Source: an uncultured bacterium (GTDB taxonomy: Bacteria > Muiribacteriota > CAYSPT01). Taken from it: a stretch of DNA of 64,000 bases. A model generated the notes under the pieces. It was not told the DNA's origin, did no database searches, and saw only the letters and a program-made list of their open reading frames with translations. Both the position numbers and the translations under genes were made by a program. The stretch spans positions 150,708-214,707 of the forward strand of contig CAZQHK010000001.1 in assembly GCA_964593455.1 (NCBI GenBank). The letters run 5' to 3'. The first letter of the stretch is position 1; each line of letters starts with the position of its first letter. This document shows positions 1 to 8,513 of the stretch, piece by piece.

Positions 1-363
1 ATCCCTGAAAACGCTATCCTGGTAGATATCGGAGAATCCGGTATCGTGACCGCCCAGGTGGGCGCCGACCGGGTTGAACTTGGCACGCTGGAAGTGGCCC
101 GGTTCATCAACCCTCAGGGGCTGGATAATCTTGGTGGAAATCTCTTCCGGGAGACGACAGCCTCCGGCACGCCCATTGTCGGTCAGCCTGGTGTTGATGA
201 AGGATTCGGTCGAATTATATCGGGATTCCTGGAAAGCTCGAACGTCAAAGCGGTTCGGGAGATGGTAGACATGATCATCACCCAGCGGGCATATGAGCTC
301 AACTCCAAGGCGATCCAGACATCTGATGCCATGCTACAGGTCGTCAACACACTGAAGCGGTAA
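1..363 (+). CDS. flgG: Flagellar basal-body rod protein FlgG, C-terminal part (5' end lies upstream of the window)
   Basis: Frame 1 is open from base 1. The C-terminal sequence ...ITQRAYELNSKAIQTSDAMLQVVNTLKR is the typical FlgG/rod-family C-terminal motif. It is followed by flgA-flgH-flgI. Confidence 0.8.
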   Translation: MPENAILVDIGESGIVTAQVGADRVELGTLEVARFINPQGLDNLGGNLFRETTASGTPIVGQPGVDEGFGRIISGFLESSNVKAVREMVDMIITQRAYELNSKAIQTSDAMLQVVNTLKR

Positions 364-399
364 CGCTGAAGTAATCTAGTCTCGTGGAAGGGGTACATC

Positions 400-1422
400 G
401 TGAACTGTTCAGATATAAACGGTAAAATGGTACGAGGGACCACCGCCCTGGCGGTGCTGGCATTGGTTGCCCTTACTGCCTACGCCGGTGCGAGTGAACT
501 CGTAACCATCGAACCGCTGGACGAATTCACCTTCAACGGGAGTTCTATAAATGGTGATTACCTTACAATCGGAGATGTGGCCCGGGTACGGGGCGGTACA
601 GAAGAACAAGCGGGACAGGTAGAATCCATAAAACTAATTCCTGCTCCTTACCCGGGATCGGCAGTCAACATCAGCCGTGGAATGCTGAAAAACCGTTTGA
701 GAGAGGCCGGAATTGATATCAACAAGGTTGCTCTCAAATTCCCGGGAATCTTCCGGGTGCGTCTCCCTGAAATTAAAGTGTCCGAGAAAGAATTGACAAC
801 CATTATCACCGATGCAGTCAAGGAGAAGTTTGCCGACGTACCGGGAAAACTGAAGATTGAGCTGCTCGGTACTACGGGAACACTGAGCCTTCCGGCGAAA
901 GATCCTGAGTTCTTCGTGGACACTGATAACGTCAGGCTTGGCCTGCCCTCGGTGGTTTCCATGGAAGTCATGGTCAAGGGGACAGTGGTAAGGACCGTTC
1001 AATCCAGGATCAGGATAACGCTCCTCGGTAAGGCGATAGTGCTTACCCGGTCTCTCAAGCGGCACCAGGTAATAGAGCCTTCCGATGTAACGCTGAAAAT
1101 GACCACTATCTCAGGTGTAGACGGGTTTATTACCGATCCGGTCAAGGCAGTTGGCCTGCGAGTGCGGCGCAATCTCCGGCAGGGAAAAATCTTGGCCCCC
1201 GCGCTTCTGGAACAAATTCCATTGGTCAAACGGGGCGACAAGGTGAGGATTGAATTCCGGCGCGGTCCCGTGGTAATCACAGCGGCCGGTTTGGCTCTTG
1301 GTACCGCCGGCGCTTTGGAAACGGTCAGAGTAAGGAATCTTTCGACTCGCAAGGAACTTTACGGGAAAGTCAAAAACAGCCGATGCGTTGTTGTTTCACC
1401 CGTGAAGAAAGGAGAAATTTGA
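400..1422 (+). CDS. flgA: Flagellar basal body P-ring formation chaperone FlgA (signal peptide, C-terminal SAF domain)
   Basis: 340-aa ORF from GTG 400 (alternative ATG 427). It has an N-terminal hydrophobic signal sequence and a C-terminal SAF-like segment (GLRVRRNL...GDKVRIEF). It sits between flgG and flgH, and its stop TGA overlaps the flgH ATG (TGATG). Confidence 0.8.
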   Translation: MNCSDINGKMVRGTTALAVLALVALTAYAGASELVTIEPLDEFTFNGSSINGDYLTIGDVARVRGGTEEQAGQVESIKLIPAPYPGSAVNISRGMLKNRLREAGIDINKVALKFPGIFRVRLPEIKVSEKELTTIITDAVKEKFADVPGKLKIELLGTTGTLSLPAKDPEFFVDTDNVRLGLPSVVSMEVMVKGTVVRTVQSRIRITLLGKAIVLTRSLKRHQVIEPSDVTLKMTTISGVDGFITDPVKAVGLRVRRNLRQGKILAPALLEQIPLVKRGDKVRIEFRRGPVVITAAGLALGTAGALETVRVRNLSTRKELYGKVKNSRCVVVSPVKKGEI

Positions 1423-2021
1423 TGCTCTTTGGGACCAGAACCTGGGTATGCCTGACCTGCATGGTGTTGATCGCTGTGTTCTGGGGCGGAGTGGGCGGAG
1501 TACAAGCCAGTTCCATATGGAACGACCGGGCGGTGGACCTCTTTTCGGAGCACCGGGCCCGGGACGTGGGTGATATCGTCACTATCATCGTTTCGGAATC
1601 GGCTACGGCCTCCCAGAAGGCTACCACCTCTTCCAAGGAGTCATCAAGCGCCGGTACCGATGCCGGTGTCGGCCTGTTGAGGTTTCTTTCACAATCTTCA
1701 GCGGGTGCCAAAAACGATTTCTCAGGTGACGGTACCACCAGCCGCAGTGGCACTCTCAGTGCCAGGATCACGGCGGTAATCAGTAAAAAACTGCCGAATG
1801 GGAACCTGGTTATCGAAGGTGTCCGGCGGATCAAGGTTAATCGTGAAACCCAGGAAATCGTTCTTTCGGGAATAATCAGGCCTCAGGATATAACAGAGAA
1901 AAACACCATCGAGTCGACTTATCTGGCCAACGCCGAAATCAAGTACAAAGGAAGCGGTTCCATCGGTGGTGATCTCCAGCGTCCGGGTTTCATTAACAAG
2001 ATTTTCAACTTCTTATTTTAA
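1422..2021 (+). CDS. flgH: Flagellar L-ring protein FlgH
   Basis: ATG 1422 is preceded by AAAGGAGA. The product has a signal peptide and the FlgH family motifs (DLFSEHRARDVGDIVTI..., ...NTIESTYLANAEIKYKGSG). Confidence 0.85.
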   Translation: MLFGTRTWVCLTCMVLIAVFWGGVGGVQASSIWNDRAVDLFSEHRARDVGDIVTIIVSESATASQKATTSSKESSSAGTDAGVGLLRFLSQSSAGAKNDFSGDGTTSRSGTLSARITAVISKKLPNGNLVIEGVRRIKVNRETQEIVLSGIIRPQDITEKNTIESTYLANAEIKYKGSGSIGGDLQRPGFINKIFNFLF

Positions 2022-2143
2022 ATATCACAATGAAGGGAGCACGTCTTGAAACTGGGCAAAGAGATCAGAGAAATAGAACCCGGACGAGGGCTGCTTCTTT
2101 TCACCTGTCAAGGGTGTAAACATTGTGGATGTTGCGACGACCG

Positions 2144-2176
2144 GGTGGTCCCACCCTCTGAGCAAGAAGAATAGAA
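2144..2176 (+). repeat. Leader motif copy (ggtggtcccaccctctgagcaagaagaatagaa) immediately upstream of flgI RBS
   Basis: It shares ggtggtcccRccctc-agcaag-...-tagaa with the copies at 8150-8185 and 23327-23360 (minus), and partially with 3812-3839. Confidence 0.6.
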
Positions 2177-2207
2177 TATAAGGGAGCGGGAGAGGAGAGG
2201 AAACAGC

Positions 2208-3248
2208 GTGTTTGGAAGCAAGCGCATGTGGAGATTCACGATACCGGCGGCGGTTTTTACGCTCTTGTTCCTGGCGGCCACCGATAGCAATATCAGCCTG
2301 GCAGGACCCTTGGTGCGGGTCAAAGACATCTCCCGGATAAAGGGAATGCGTCCGAATCAATTGGTCGGCCGGGGCCTGATAGTGGGGCTTAACGGAACGG
2401 GCGATAAGGAAGCCATCGCTTTCGGGATGATTGCCAACATGCTCCGTCACAACGGGCTGGAAATCGACAAAGATAAAGTTAAACTGAAGAACGTGGCGGC
2501 GGTCATGGTTACCTGCACTATCCCTCCTTTTGCCAAAGAAGGCGACCAACTCAATGTTTCCGTATCTTCATTGGCAGATGCCAAGAGCCTTAAAGGCGGT
2601 ACGCTCATCCAGACACCGCTGTTAGGGGCCGACGGGAAAATCTACGCGGTTGCCCAGGGATCCATATCGCTGGGCGGCGGCGAAACACAGGGTGGCGGCG
2701 GAGCGGTTCACACCCTGGTTGGCCTAATTCCCCGGGGTGCAGTGGTGGAACGCGAAATCCCCATGTCCTACTCCGAGGGGAACGAGGTCAGCCTGATTCT
2801 TCGGGAGAAAGATTTCACTACGGCCTCCCGGTTGGCCAGATCTATCAACAAACATTTCCCCGGGGAGATGGCCAAAGCAATCGATCCCGGCCAGGTGAAA
2901 GTATCCGTACCGTTCAGCTACCGTAACCAGGTGGTCGATTTCATTTCCGCTCTTGAAGACCTGTATCTGGAGCCGGATAACATCGCCCGCGTCGTTATTA
3001 ATGAGCGTACGGGTACGGTGGTGATCGGGTCCGAGGTTCGAATATCCAGGGTGGCCATCACCCACGGTAACCTGTCGGTACAGATACAGCAGCGGACCGG
3101 CAACGTGGTTGATTTCCCCGAGAGTGCCAACGTCAAAGACGTGGTGGATGCGATGAACGAAGTGGGAGCATCGGCCCGGGACATCATCTCGGTGCTGCAA
3201 GCCATGAAATCAGCCGGCGCAATCCACGCCGAGCTGGAGATTCTCTGA
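2208..3248 (+). CDS. flgI: Flagellar P-ring protein FlgI
   Basis: 346 aa with a signal peptide and conserved FlgI blocks (GLIVGLNGTGDK, GGTLIQTPLLGADG). The start is GTG 2208 or ATG 2226, downstream of a purine-rich RBS. Confidence 0.9.
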   Translation: MFGSKRMWRFTIPAAVFTLLFLAATDSNISLAGPLVRVKDISRIKGMRPNQLVGRGLIVGLNGTGDKEAIAFGMIANMLRHNGLEIDKDKVKLKNVAAVMVTCTIPPFAKEGDQLNVSVSSLADAKSLKGGTLIQTPLLGADGKIYAVAQGSISLGGGETQGGGGAVHTLVGLIPRGAVVEREIPMSYSEGNEVSLILREKDFTTASRLARSINKHFPGEMAKAIDPGQVKVSVPFSYRNQVVDFISALEDLYLEPDNIARVVINERTGTVVIGSEVRISRVAITHGNLSVQIQQRTGNVVDFPESANVKDVVDAMNEVGASARDIISVLQAMKSAGAIHAELEIL

Positions 3249-3265
3249 AGAAAGGGGTGCCCGTA

Positions 3266-3640
3266 ATGCGAGGAATCGAATCCGCGATGATGGCCATGGG
3301 TAACAACGTAGCCAATAAAGCGCAGTCCTTTGCAGACCTTAACAATAATATGGAAGCCAAGCGTCTCAAAGAACGTGCCGATCTCAGGGAACACTGCGAA
3401 GAGTTTGTCTCCATCCTGGTCTACCAACTTGTCTCCACCATGCGCAAAACCGTTCCCAAAACCGGGCTCATCGATGGCGGCAACGCCGAGCAGATATTTC
3501 AGAGCATGCTCGATCAGGAACATTCGATGACGATAACCAAGGCCTCCAATTTTGATCTGGTGGAGCAGCTGTACGAACAGATGTCATACGGGCTTGACGA
3601 CCGGGTCACCGAGCTGCCGCCCCCGGGTGGGACGGAGTGA
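3266..3640 (+). CDS. Rod-binding protein (FlgJ N-terminal domain-like / CheL-like), no muramidase domain
   Basis: ATG 3266 lies 7 nt after AAAGGGG. The ~124-aa product has a Rod_binding-like core (EEFVSILVYQLVSTMRKT...). It lies directly after flgI. Confidence 0.6.
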   Translation: MRGIESAMMAMGNNVANKAQSFADLNNNMEAKRLKERADLREHCEEFVSILVYQLVSTMRKTVPKTGLIDGGNAEQIFQSMLDQEHSMTITKASNFDLVEQLYEQMSYGLDDRVTELPPPGGTE

Positions 3641-3643
3641 CTC

Positions 3644-3731
3644 TGCTACTGATTGAATGTGAGAGTTACTGCAGGATGAGACAGACGTCATAGGGTCCTC
3701 TTTCTACACTTCTTGCTTACACATCTCAATC
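3644..3731. repeat. Direct repeat copy R1 (~88 bp), about 88% identical to R2
   Basis: tgctactgattgaatgtGAGAGTTACTGCAGGATGAGACAGAcgTCATAGGGtCCTCTTTCTACaCTTCTTGCTTAcaCAtCTCAAT. The 3' part can pair with 3812-3839 (CCCGCCCTCAAGCAGGCAGTGTAGAAAG) to give a ~20-bp imperfect stem. Confidence 0.7.
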
Positions 3732-3974
3732 TCATAATCTCGAATTCAGGTTGGTACGTCTCTATTGTCTCCTTGCCCACTACAGTGCCTGTTTCTCGAT
3801 AGCATCTTCCTCCCGCCCTCAAGCAGGCAGTGTAGAAAGTAAGGTGAGGCCTTCCTTCGTTCGGCTATTTGCAGGCAAAAGCGCCGAGCTCAACTGAGGC
3901 TTTTACGTGGTTGTTTAATTGGAAGCGGAGAAGTGAGGTTTTTGGACCGGTCACAGGGCGGGATGGAGAGGCTT

Positions 3975-4060
3975 TGCTACTGGTTAATTATGAGAGTTAC
4001 TGCAGGATGAGACAGATCTCATAGGGCCCTCTTTCTACTCTTCTTGCTTATTCACTCAAT
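3975..4060. repeat. Direct repeat copy R2 (~86 bp), overlaps the rsmA stop codon
   Basis: tgctactggttaattatGAGAGTTACTGCAGGATGAGACAGAtcTCATAGGGcCCTCTTTCTACtCTTCTTGCTTAttCAcTCAAT. It lies 331 bp downstream of R1 in the same orientation. Confidence 0.7.
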
Positions 4061-4913
4061 TAAAACCGGCCAGGACTTCGGATAAAAGGGCAAAATCAAC
4101 GGCATTCATCTGTTCAGCCCTGGTGGTTTCCGTAAACCCGGCTTCGGTGATGATTTGTTTGAGGTTAAATTCTTCTCTGCCAAACTGTTTGGAAAGACGA
4201 AGCGAGTTGACCAGGGTCTTTCGGCGGTAAGCGAAGGCAGCGGAAATAAGATCGAAATAGAAACCGGAATCAGTAACGGTCACCTCCGGCTGTTCCCGCC
4301 TTTCGAGCAAAACCAGGCTTCCCGCCACTTCGGGCCGCGGATAAAAGACGGTGCTCGGCACTTTGAAGAGTTTCTTCGCGGTAGCTTTGTACGACACCCG
4401 CAGGGTCAGGGACCCATAGCTAGAGGTGCTGGTTCGGGCTACCAGACGGTCGGCTACTTCTTCCTGGAAAATAAAATAGGCGTGGGAAAACCACACCGGC
4501 GCCTGCAACCACCATAACAGGATCTTGACCGAGATGTTGAATGGCAGGTTTCCCAGGGTGAGGCATGATTCAGATGGTTCGAGATCTTCCGGAGAAAGGT
4601 CCAGGATATTGCTTTCGATCACGTTGACGGTCCCGGCTGTTTCCGCCAGGTAGCCCGCCAGGCGTGAATCGAGCTCGACGGCTGTCAGGTTCCGGCATTT
4701 ATTAGCCAGCAGGCAGGTAAAGGCGCCCAGTCCCGGTCCGATCTCGATGACCGACAGAGCTGCGATATCTCCCAGTTGTTTAATGATTCGCTGGGCGGTG
4801 TTGCGGTCGATAAGGAAGTTCTGGCCCAAAGAGCGTTTGGCCCTGGTTTCCTCCCTCCGCAGATAGGTTTTAACCGTTCTCAGAGTAGGGTAGGGAAAGG
4901 CCGGCGTCATCAA
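4056..4913 (-). CDS. rsmA: 16S rRNA (adenine1518/1519-N6)-dimethyltransferase RsmA/KsgA
   Basis: 285 aa. Carries the LGQNFLID SAM-binding motif and the IEIGPGLG glycine loop. Its start overlaps the stop of the upstream gene by 4 nt. Confidence 0.9.
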   Translation of the reverse strand: MMTPAFPYPTLRTVKTYLRREETRAKRSLGQNFLIDRNTAQRIIKQLGDIAALSVIEIGPGLGAFTCLLANKCRNLTAVELDSRLAGYLAETAGTVNVIESNILDLSPEDLEPSESCLTLGNLPFNISVKILLWWLQAPVWFSHAYFIFQEEVADRLVARTSTSSYGSLTLRVSYKATAKKLFKVPSTVFYPRPEVAGSLVLLERREQPEVTVTDSGFYFDLISAAFAYRRKTLVNSLRLSKQFGREEFNLKQIITEAGFTETTRAEQMNAVDFALLSEVLAGFN

Positions 4914-6001
4914 AATGTAATACTTCCGCCCAGACCGGTAGTGTAATCGTCGCGGTTGGTATAATTACGGGAATGGTAAAGGTCAAGATTTCCCTTGTTT
5001 CTGCTCCGGTAGCGCCATCCCATAGTGTACTGGTCGAGGCGGCTGGTGCTTTGGCCTTCCTCTAATTCCAGAATAACAGAATGTCCGGCCAGGTTTTCCA
5101 GTTTGTGGCTGGGATCGAGCGGTACTTCGAGACCAAAATTGAACGTCGGTTGCTTGGCATCGGGATTGTCTTTCAATACTATGCTGCCGAGAGCTTCTTT
5201 GGCATCGAGAGTTGCTCCCATGAAAACATTTGAGTCACCGGGTGCCGCTTGGGCGCCCATACAATATGAAACGTTTTCAATCTGCGTCTTGCCGCTATAC
5301 TTGATGTGCATAGAAGTTTTGGATTGTCGTTTTGATCCAACAGTTACAGGTTTTTGCTCATAGAAAGCCGCGCCTACCTCGATCTGGTCACTCAGGCCAA
5401 CCGCTGCTTTATAAATGGATGAATCTGTTTCGGCGGCGCTGGTGGTATGACGGCCCAGATGGATACCCACTGCGTGTTGACGATTTTTTAATCCCTGGGC
5501 GGTGGGAATGTTTATCAGGCCTGACGGTCCTCCCAGGGATGGAACCGGGGGCAGGGAGCAAACAACTGCGTCTTCTGAATAGGGGCTGTGTGTAACCTCC
5601 TCGTGAAGAGTCTCGGTAGCTGTTCTGGCCCGGGTAGGTACTGCTGAAAGCAGTCTGTCTCCTTCGTTCATGTCGCCGGAATCACGGAATAACACTACCT
5701 CGAACGGCCCCCTGATATTACTGAGTGGGATATCGGTGATATCGGTTTTATAGCCTTCGGCACTAATGGTCAAACGGGCGAAATCACCGTAGAGCGGTCC
5801 GAGGGAAAACATTCCGTTTTTATCGGTTGTTACTGATTCTTCTCCCGCTGACGCCCGGGCGTCCGGCAGGGGACTGAGGTTTTGACTTAAGACCCGACCA
5901 TCCAACCAGATCGGAGATTTCCAGGTGGCCGCGCCGGCGGCGGTTGAATATGCAATCAGCAGACAAGCGGTTGCTATGAGAATCTTAAAGTTTTGCTTCA
6001 T
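4910..6001 (-). CDS. Secreted outer-membrane beta-barrel-like protein with N-terminal carboxypeptidase-regulatory-like domain
   Basis: Start ATG 6001 is preceded by GAGGAGTG. It has a signal peptide (MKQNFKILIATACLLIAYSTAAGA) and a CarbopepD_reg-like segment (DKNGMFSLGPLYGDFARLTISAEGYK). It contains a GLINIPTA motif reminiscent of YjbH/GfcD-type barrels. The C-terminal residue is F. Confidence 0.5.
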   Translation of the reverse strand: MKQNFKILIATACLLIAYSTAAGAATWKSPIWLDGRVLSQNLSPLPDARASAGEESVTTDKNGMFSLGPLYGDFARLTISAEGYKTDITDIPLSNIRGPFEVVLFRDSGDMNEGDRLLSAVPTRARTATETLHEEVTHSPYSEDAVVCSLPPVPSLGGPSGLINIPTAQGLKNRQHAVGIHLGRHTTSAAETDSSIYKAAVGLSDQIEVGAAFYEQKPVTVGSKRQSKTSMHIKYSGKTQIENVSYCMGAQAAPGDSNVFMGATLDAKEALGSIVLKDNPDAKQPTFNFGLEVPLDPSHKLENLAGHSVILELEEGQSTSRLDQYTMGWRYRSRNKGNLDLYHSRNYTNRDDYTTGLGGSITF

Positions 6002-6145
6002 GGTGACACTCCTCAGCATATATGTTAAACCCATTATCACTATCGACAAACTTGCAGCTTTGTTTGAACAAGTACCGGTGATATTTCACGATTCAAGTGA
6101 TGGATGATCGTTTTGATGGTCCGAAAAAAAAATGGTATCCTTAAT

Positions 6146-6322
6146 CCCAGAAACTGCAGTTGACATTCTGCTGCGGCTCAGAACTGACCACAGCTACTAC
6201 GTTGCGCTCGGTCAGCCATCCTCACTGTAATATGCATTACAGCTCCGGGTGGCTTCGGTCGCGCGCCTTGTATCTGCGGCCATTTCCTTCGCCTCGCGAC
6301 GAAACCAACTGCAGTTTCCGGG
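6146..6322. repeat. 177-bp element bounded by 17-bp inverted repeats, each containing the perfect palindrome AACTGCAGTT, with an internal 18-bp palindrome
   Basis: cccagAAACTGCAGTTgac at 6146-6164 and cgaaaccAACTGCAGTTTCcggg at 6299-6321. The palindrome centres are 156 bp apart. An internal CTGTAATATGCATTACAG lies at 6225-6242. The element sits in the divergent promoter region between the beta-barrel gene and malQ. Confidence 0.6.
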
Positions 6323-6385
6323 TTAATCCTGAAGAGCTGAAGTAAAAGTATTTAACTGAAGGAGGTTGGGGCAGGCCCCACAAAC

Positions 6386-8071
6386 ATGAGTGAAATAGAC
6401 GTAAAAGCAAGCGAAATAAAGGATATAGAACAGTATTTACTCAACTCGTACAGCTCGGAGCACTGGCAGAACATTGGTGTCAGGCGACGGGCGGGAGTAG
6501 TTACCCCGGTTTTTTCTCTCCGGACGAATAGTGATGAAGGTGCCGGCACGTTCGCTGATCTCAAACTTCTGGCTGATTGGTGTGCTGTCGTTGGGCACGG
6601 TGTAATACAGGTCCTGCCAATTAATGATACGGCGGGTAATATCAGTCCGTATAGTGCAGTTACTGCTTTCGGTCTCGACCCGATGCTGCTCGCCATACGG
6701 TCGGTACCGTTTGTCGAGTCTCACCCGGACATACTGAAATTCGTTAATGAGTCTCTCAAACAAATTCCCACCGGGGAGCGGGTGGATTGGGTGGCGTTGC
6801 GCCGGGTTAAAGAGAAGATCCTGGCCGATATATATAGCGTTTTTCTCGAACGGGTCTCTGCGGATGAATTGAATCGGTTTTCTCAATTTAAAAAAGAGAA
6901 TGGTCACTGGCTCTGGCCATACGCTGTTTTTCGCAGTCTCAAGGAACGGTTCGACCAGAAAAGCTGGGTAGAGTGGCCCGAAGAGTATGTCTCCGGAGGA
7001 GTGTTTATCGATCGTGGACTGGAAGAGCGGTCCGGGTTTTTTGAGTTTGTACAGTGGTTGCTGGAGGAACAGTTGATAGACGTGAAGAACCACTGTGCAC
7101 AGAAGGGGGTCTCCCTGAAGGGCGATATTCCTATCCTGCTAAGTTATGACAGTGCCGATGTATGGTCCCGGCAGGAATATTTCAATCTTGACGTGACGGC
7201 CGGGGCGCCGCCGGATATGTTCTCCGACGACGGGCAGAATTGGGGATTCCCTACCTATAAATGGGATGTGCTGGCGTCGCGGGAGTTCGATTGGTGGCGG
7301 GAACGTCTACAGCAGGCGGAGAAGTTCCTTCACTTGTACCGTATAGACCATGTGGTCGGGTTTTTCCGTATCTGGACCATTCCCGAAGGAGAAAAAACCG
7401 GTGAGAATGGGTATTTTGTTCCCGAAGATGAAAGTGTGTGGGAGGAGCATGGTAGAACTCTGTTGAAAATGATGCTCGATTCAACCGTCTTGCTGCCTCT
7501 GGCGGAAGATCTCGGTGTGGTCCCTCCCTGTGCCCGGGAAGTCTTACTGGAACTGGGAATCCCCGGCACGAAGGTCGATCGTTGGGAGCGTGACTGGGAT
7601 GGTGATGGAAGCTACCTTGATGCGAAAAGCTTCAATCCGGTGTCGCTGGCTTCAATGAGCACCCATGACACGGACACTCTCAGAGGCTGGTGGCAAGACT
7701 TTCCCGAGGAGCGGGATGTATTTTTTCAGTCTTTGAACAAAAAAGGAAAATCGCCGGCGAAGCTCGATCAAAAGACTCATGATCGTATTCTGCAACGGGT
7801 GTACGCTTCGTCTTCGTTGTTTGCCTTGAATCTGCTTCAGGATCTGGTAAGTAGAGAACCCGCCATACTGAAAGACGATCCGGCTGAGAACCGGATCAAC
7901 GTTCCCGGTGCGGATAATCCAAAAAACTGGACCTACCGGTTCCCTTTTACCATAGAGGAGATGCTGACGGGAGAAAGTTTCAAGAAACTGAATACATTCC
8001 TCAAAAAATTAGTGCAACAAACAGATCGGTTTAACGCAGGCAATGTAAAAAGTAAGGTTATAGATTTTTGA
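6386..8071 (+). CDS. malQ: 4-alpha-glucanotransferase (amylomaltase, GH77)
   Basis: 561 aa. GH77 hallmark blocks (LPINDTAGNISPYSAVTAFGLDP, DHVVGFFRIWTIP, GDIPILLSYDSADVW). The RBS GAAGGAGG lies upstream of the ATG. Confidence 0.85.
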   Translation: MSEIDVKASEIKDIEQYLLNSYSSEHWQNIGVRRRAGVVTPVFSLRTNSDEGAGTFADLKLLADWCAVVGHGVIQVLPINDTAGNISPYSAVTAFGLDPMLLAIRSVPFVESHPDILKFVNESLKQIPTGERVDWVALRRVKEKILADIYSVFLERVSADELNRFSQFKKENGHWLWPYAVFRSLKERFDQKSWVEWPEEYVSGGVFIDRGLEERSGFFEFVQWLLEEQLIDVKNHCAQKGVSLKGDIPILLSYDSADVWSRQEYFNLDVTAGAPPDMFSDDGQNWGFPTYKWDVLASREFDWWRERLQQAEKFLHLYRIDHVVGFFRIWTIPEGEKTGENGYFVPEDESVWEEHGRTLLKMMLDSTVLLPLAEDLGVVPPCAREVLLELGIPGTKVDRWERDWDGDGSYLDAKSFNPVSLASMSTHDTDTLRGWWQDFPEERDVFFQSLNKKGKSPAKLDQKTHDRILQRVYASSSLFALNLLQDLVSREPAILKDDPAENRINVPGADNPKNWTYRFPFTIEEMLTGESFKKLNTFLKKLVQQTDRFNAGNVKSKVIDF

Positions 8072-8149
8072 GATTGAGAATTTACCCGGGCGGCGGCTGT
8101 TTGCATTCCTCAAAACACATGAGTAAACATTGAGTCGTAGCGGAAGCTG

Positions 8150-8185
8150 GGTGGTCCCGCCCTCAAGCAAGATAGCGTAGAAAGA
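8150..8185 (+). repeat. Leader motif copy (ggtggtcccgccctcaagcaagatagcgtagaaag) immediately upstream of the TIGR04076-like gene
   Basis: Same motif as above. The sub-motif AGCGTAGAAAG also occurs at 12516-12526 and 52916-52926 (just upstream of korB). Confidence 0.6.
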
Positions 8186-8195
8186 AGGGTTGGAG

Positions 8196-8474
8196 ATGGA
8201 TGCCAGTTATCGGGTTTTGGTTACTGTTAAAGATGTCATGGGCAGCGGTAAAACCTCTTGCGGTTACCGGGTTGGCAATACCTGGACAGTGACCGGTCAT
8301 GAGACTATCGAAGGGTTTTGCGGATGGGCTTTTGCCGCCATGCTACCGTTTTTGACCGTACTCAGATTTGGTGGCAGTTTCCCCTGGGAGCCGGATGAAG
8401 ATACAGCCCTCGTGTGCTGCCCCGACCCGCATAATCCAGTGGTTTTCGAGCTTCGGCGTTTGCCCGTAAAATAG
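8196..8474 (+). CDS. Small Cys-containing protein resembling the TIGR04076 family
   Basis: The 92-aa product has CGY...EGFCGWAF...LVCCPDPHNPVVFEL patterns. ATG 8196 lies 6 nt after AAGAAGGG (alternative TTG 8190). Family assignment is from memory of the TIGR04076 pattern. Confidence 0.45.
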   Translation: MDASYRVLVTVKDVMGSGKTSCGYRVGNTWTVTGHETIEGFCGWAFAAMLPFLTVLRFGGSFPWEPDEDTALVCCPDPHNPVVFELRRLPVK

Positions 8475-8483
8475 CCGGGTTAG

Positions 8484-8513
8484 AGGCACTCGACCAAGTC
8501 TTCCGCAGGCGTA
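8484..8513. repeat. 29-bp dispersed repeat, copy A (ggcactcgaccaagtcttccgcaggcgta)
   Basis: 26/29 identical to 60214-60243 (ggcacgcgaccaatccttccgcaggcgta). It is intergenic, just downstream of the TIGR04076-like gene. Confidence 0.55.

Noticed and set aside
2144-2176. Repeated leader motif as a sigma-54 (-24/-12) promoter
   Set aside because: The GG...GC spacing is 14-15 nt in the motif copies, versus 12 in TGGCAC-N5-TTGC. The flanking bases do not match the consensus well.
3647-3760. Antisense mini-ORFs encoded by the reverse complement of direct repeats R1/R2 (MTSVSSCSNSHI..., MRSVSSCSNSHN) as real genes
   Set aside because: The R1 version runs antisense into the flgJ-like gene and the R2 version is only 11 codons. 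These more likely reflect a copied translation-initiation region than functional peptides. They are mentioned only within the repeat finding.
6160-6345. 61-aa ORF in the track upstream of malQ
   Set aside because: It lies entirely inside the palindrome-bounded 177-bp element. It has no RBS and is better explained as a non-coding repeat or regulatory DNA.
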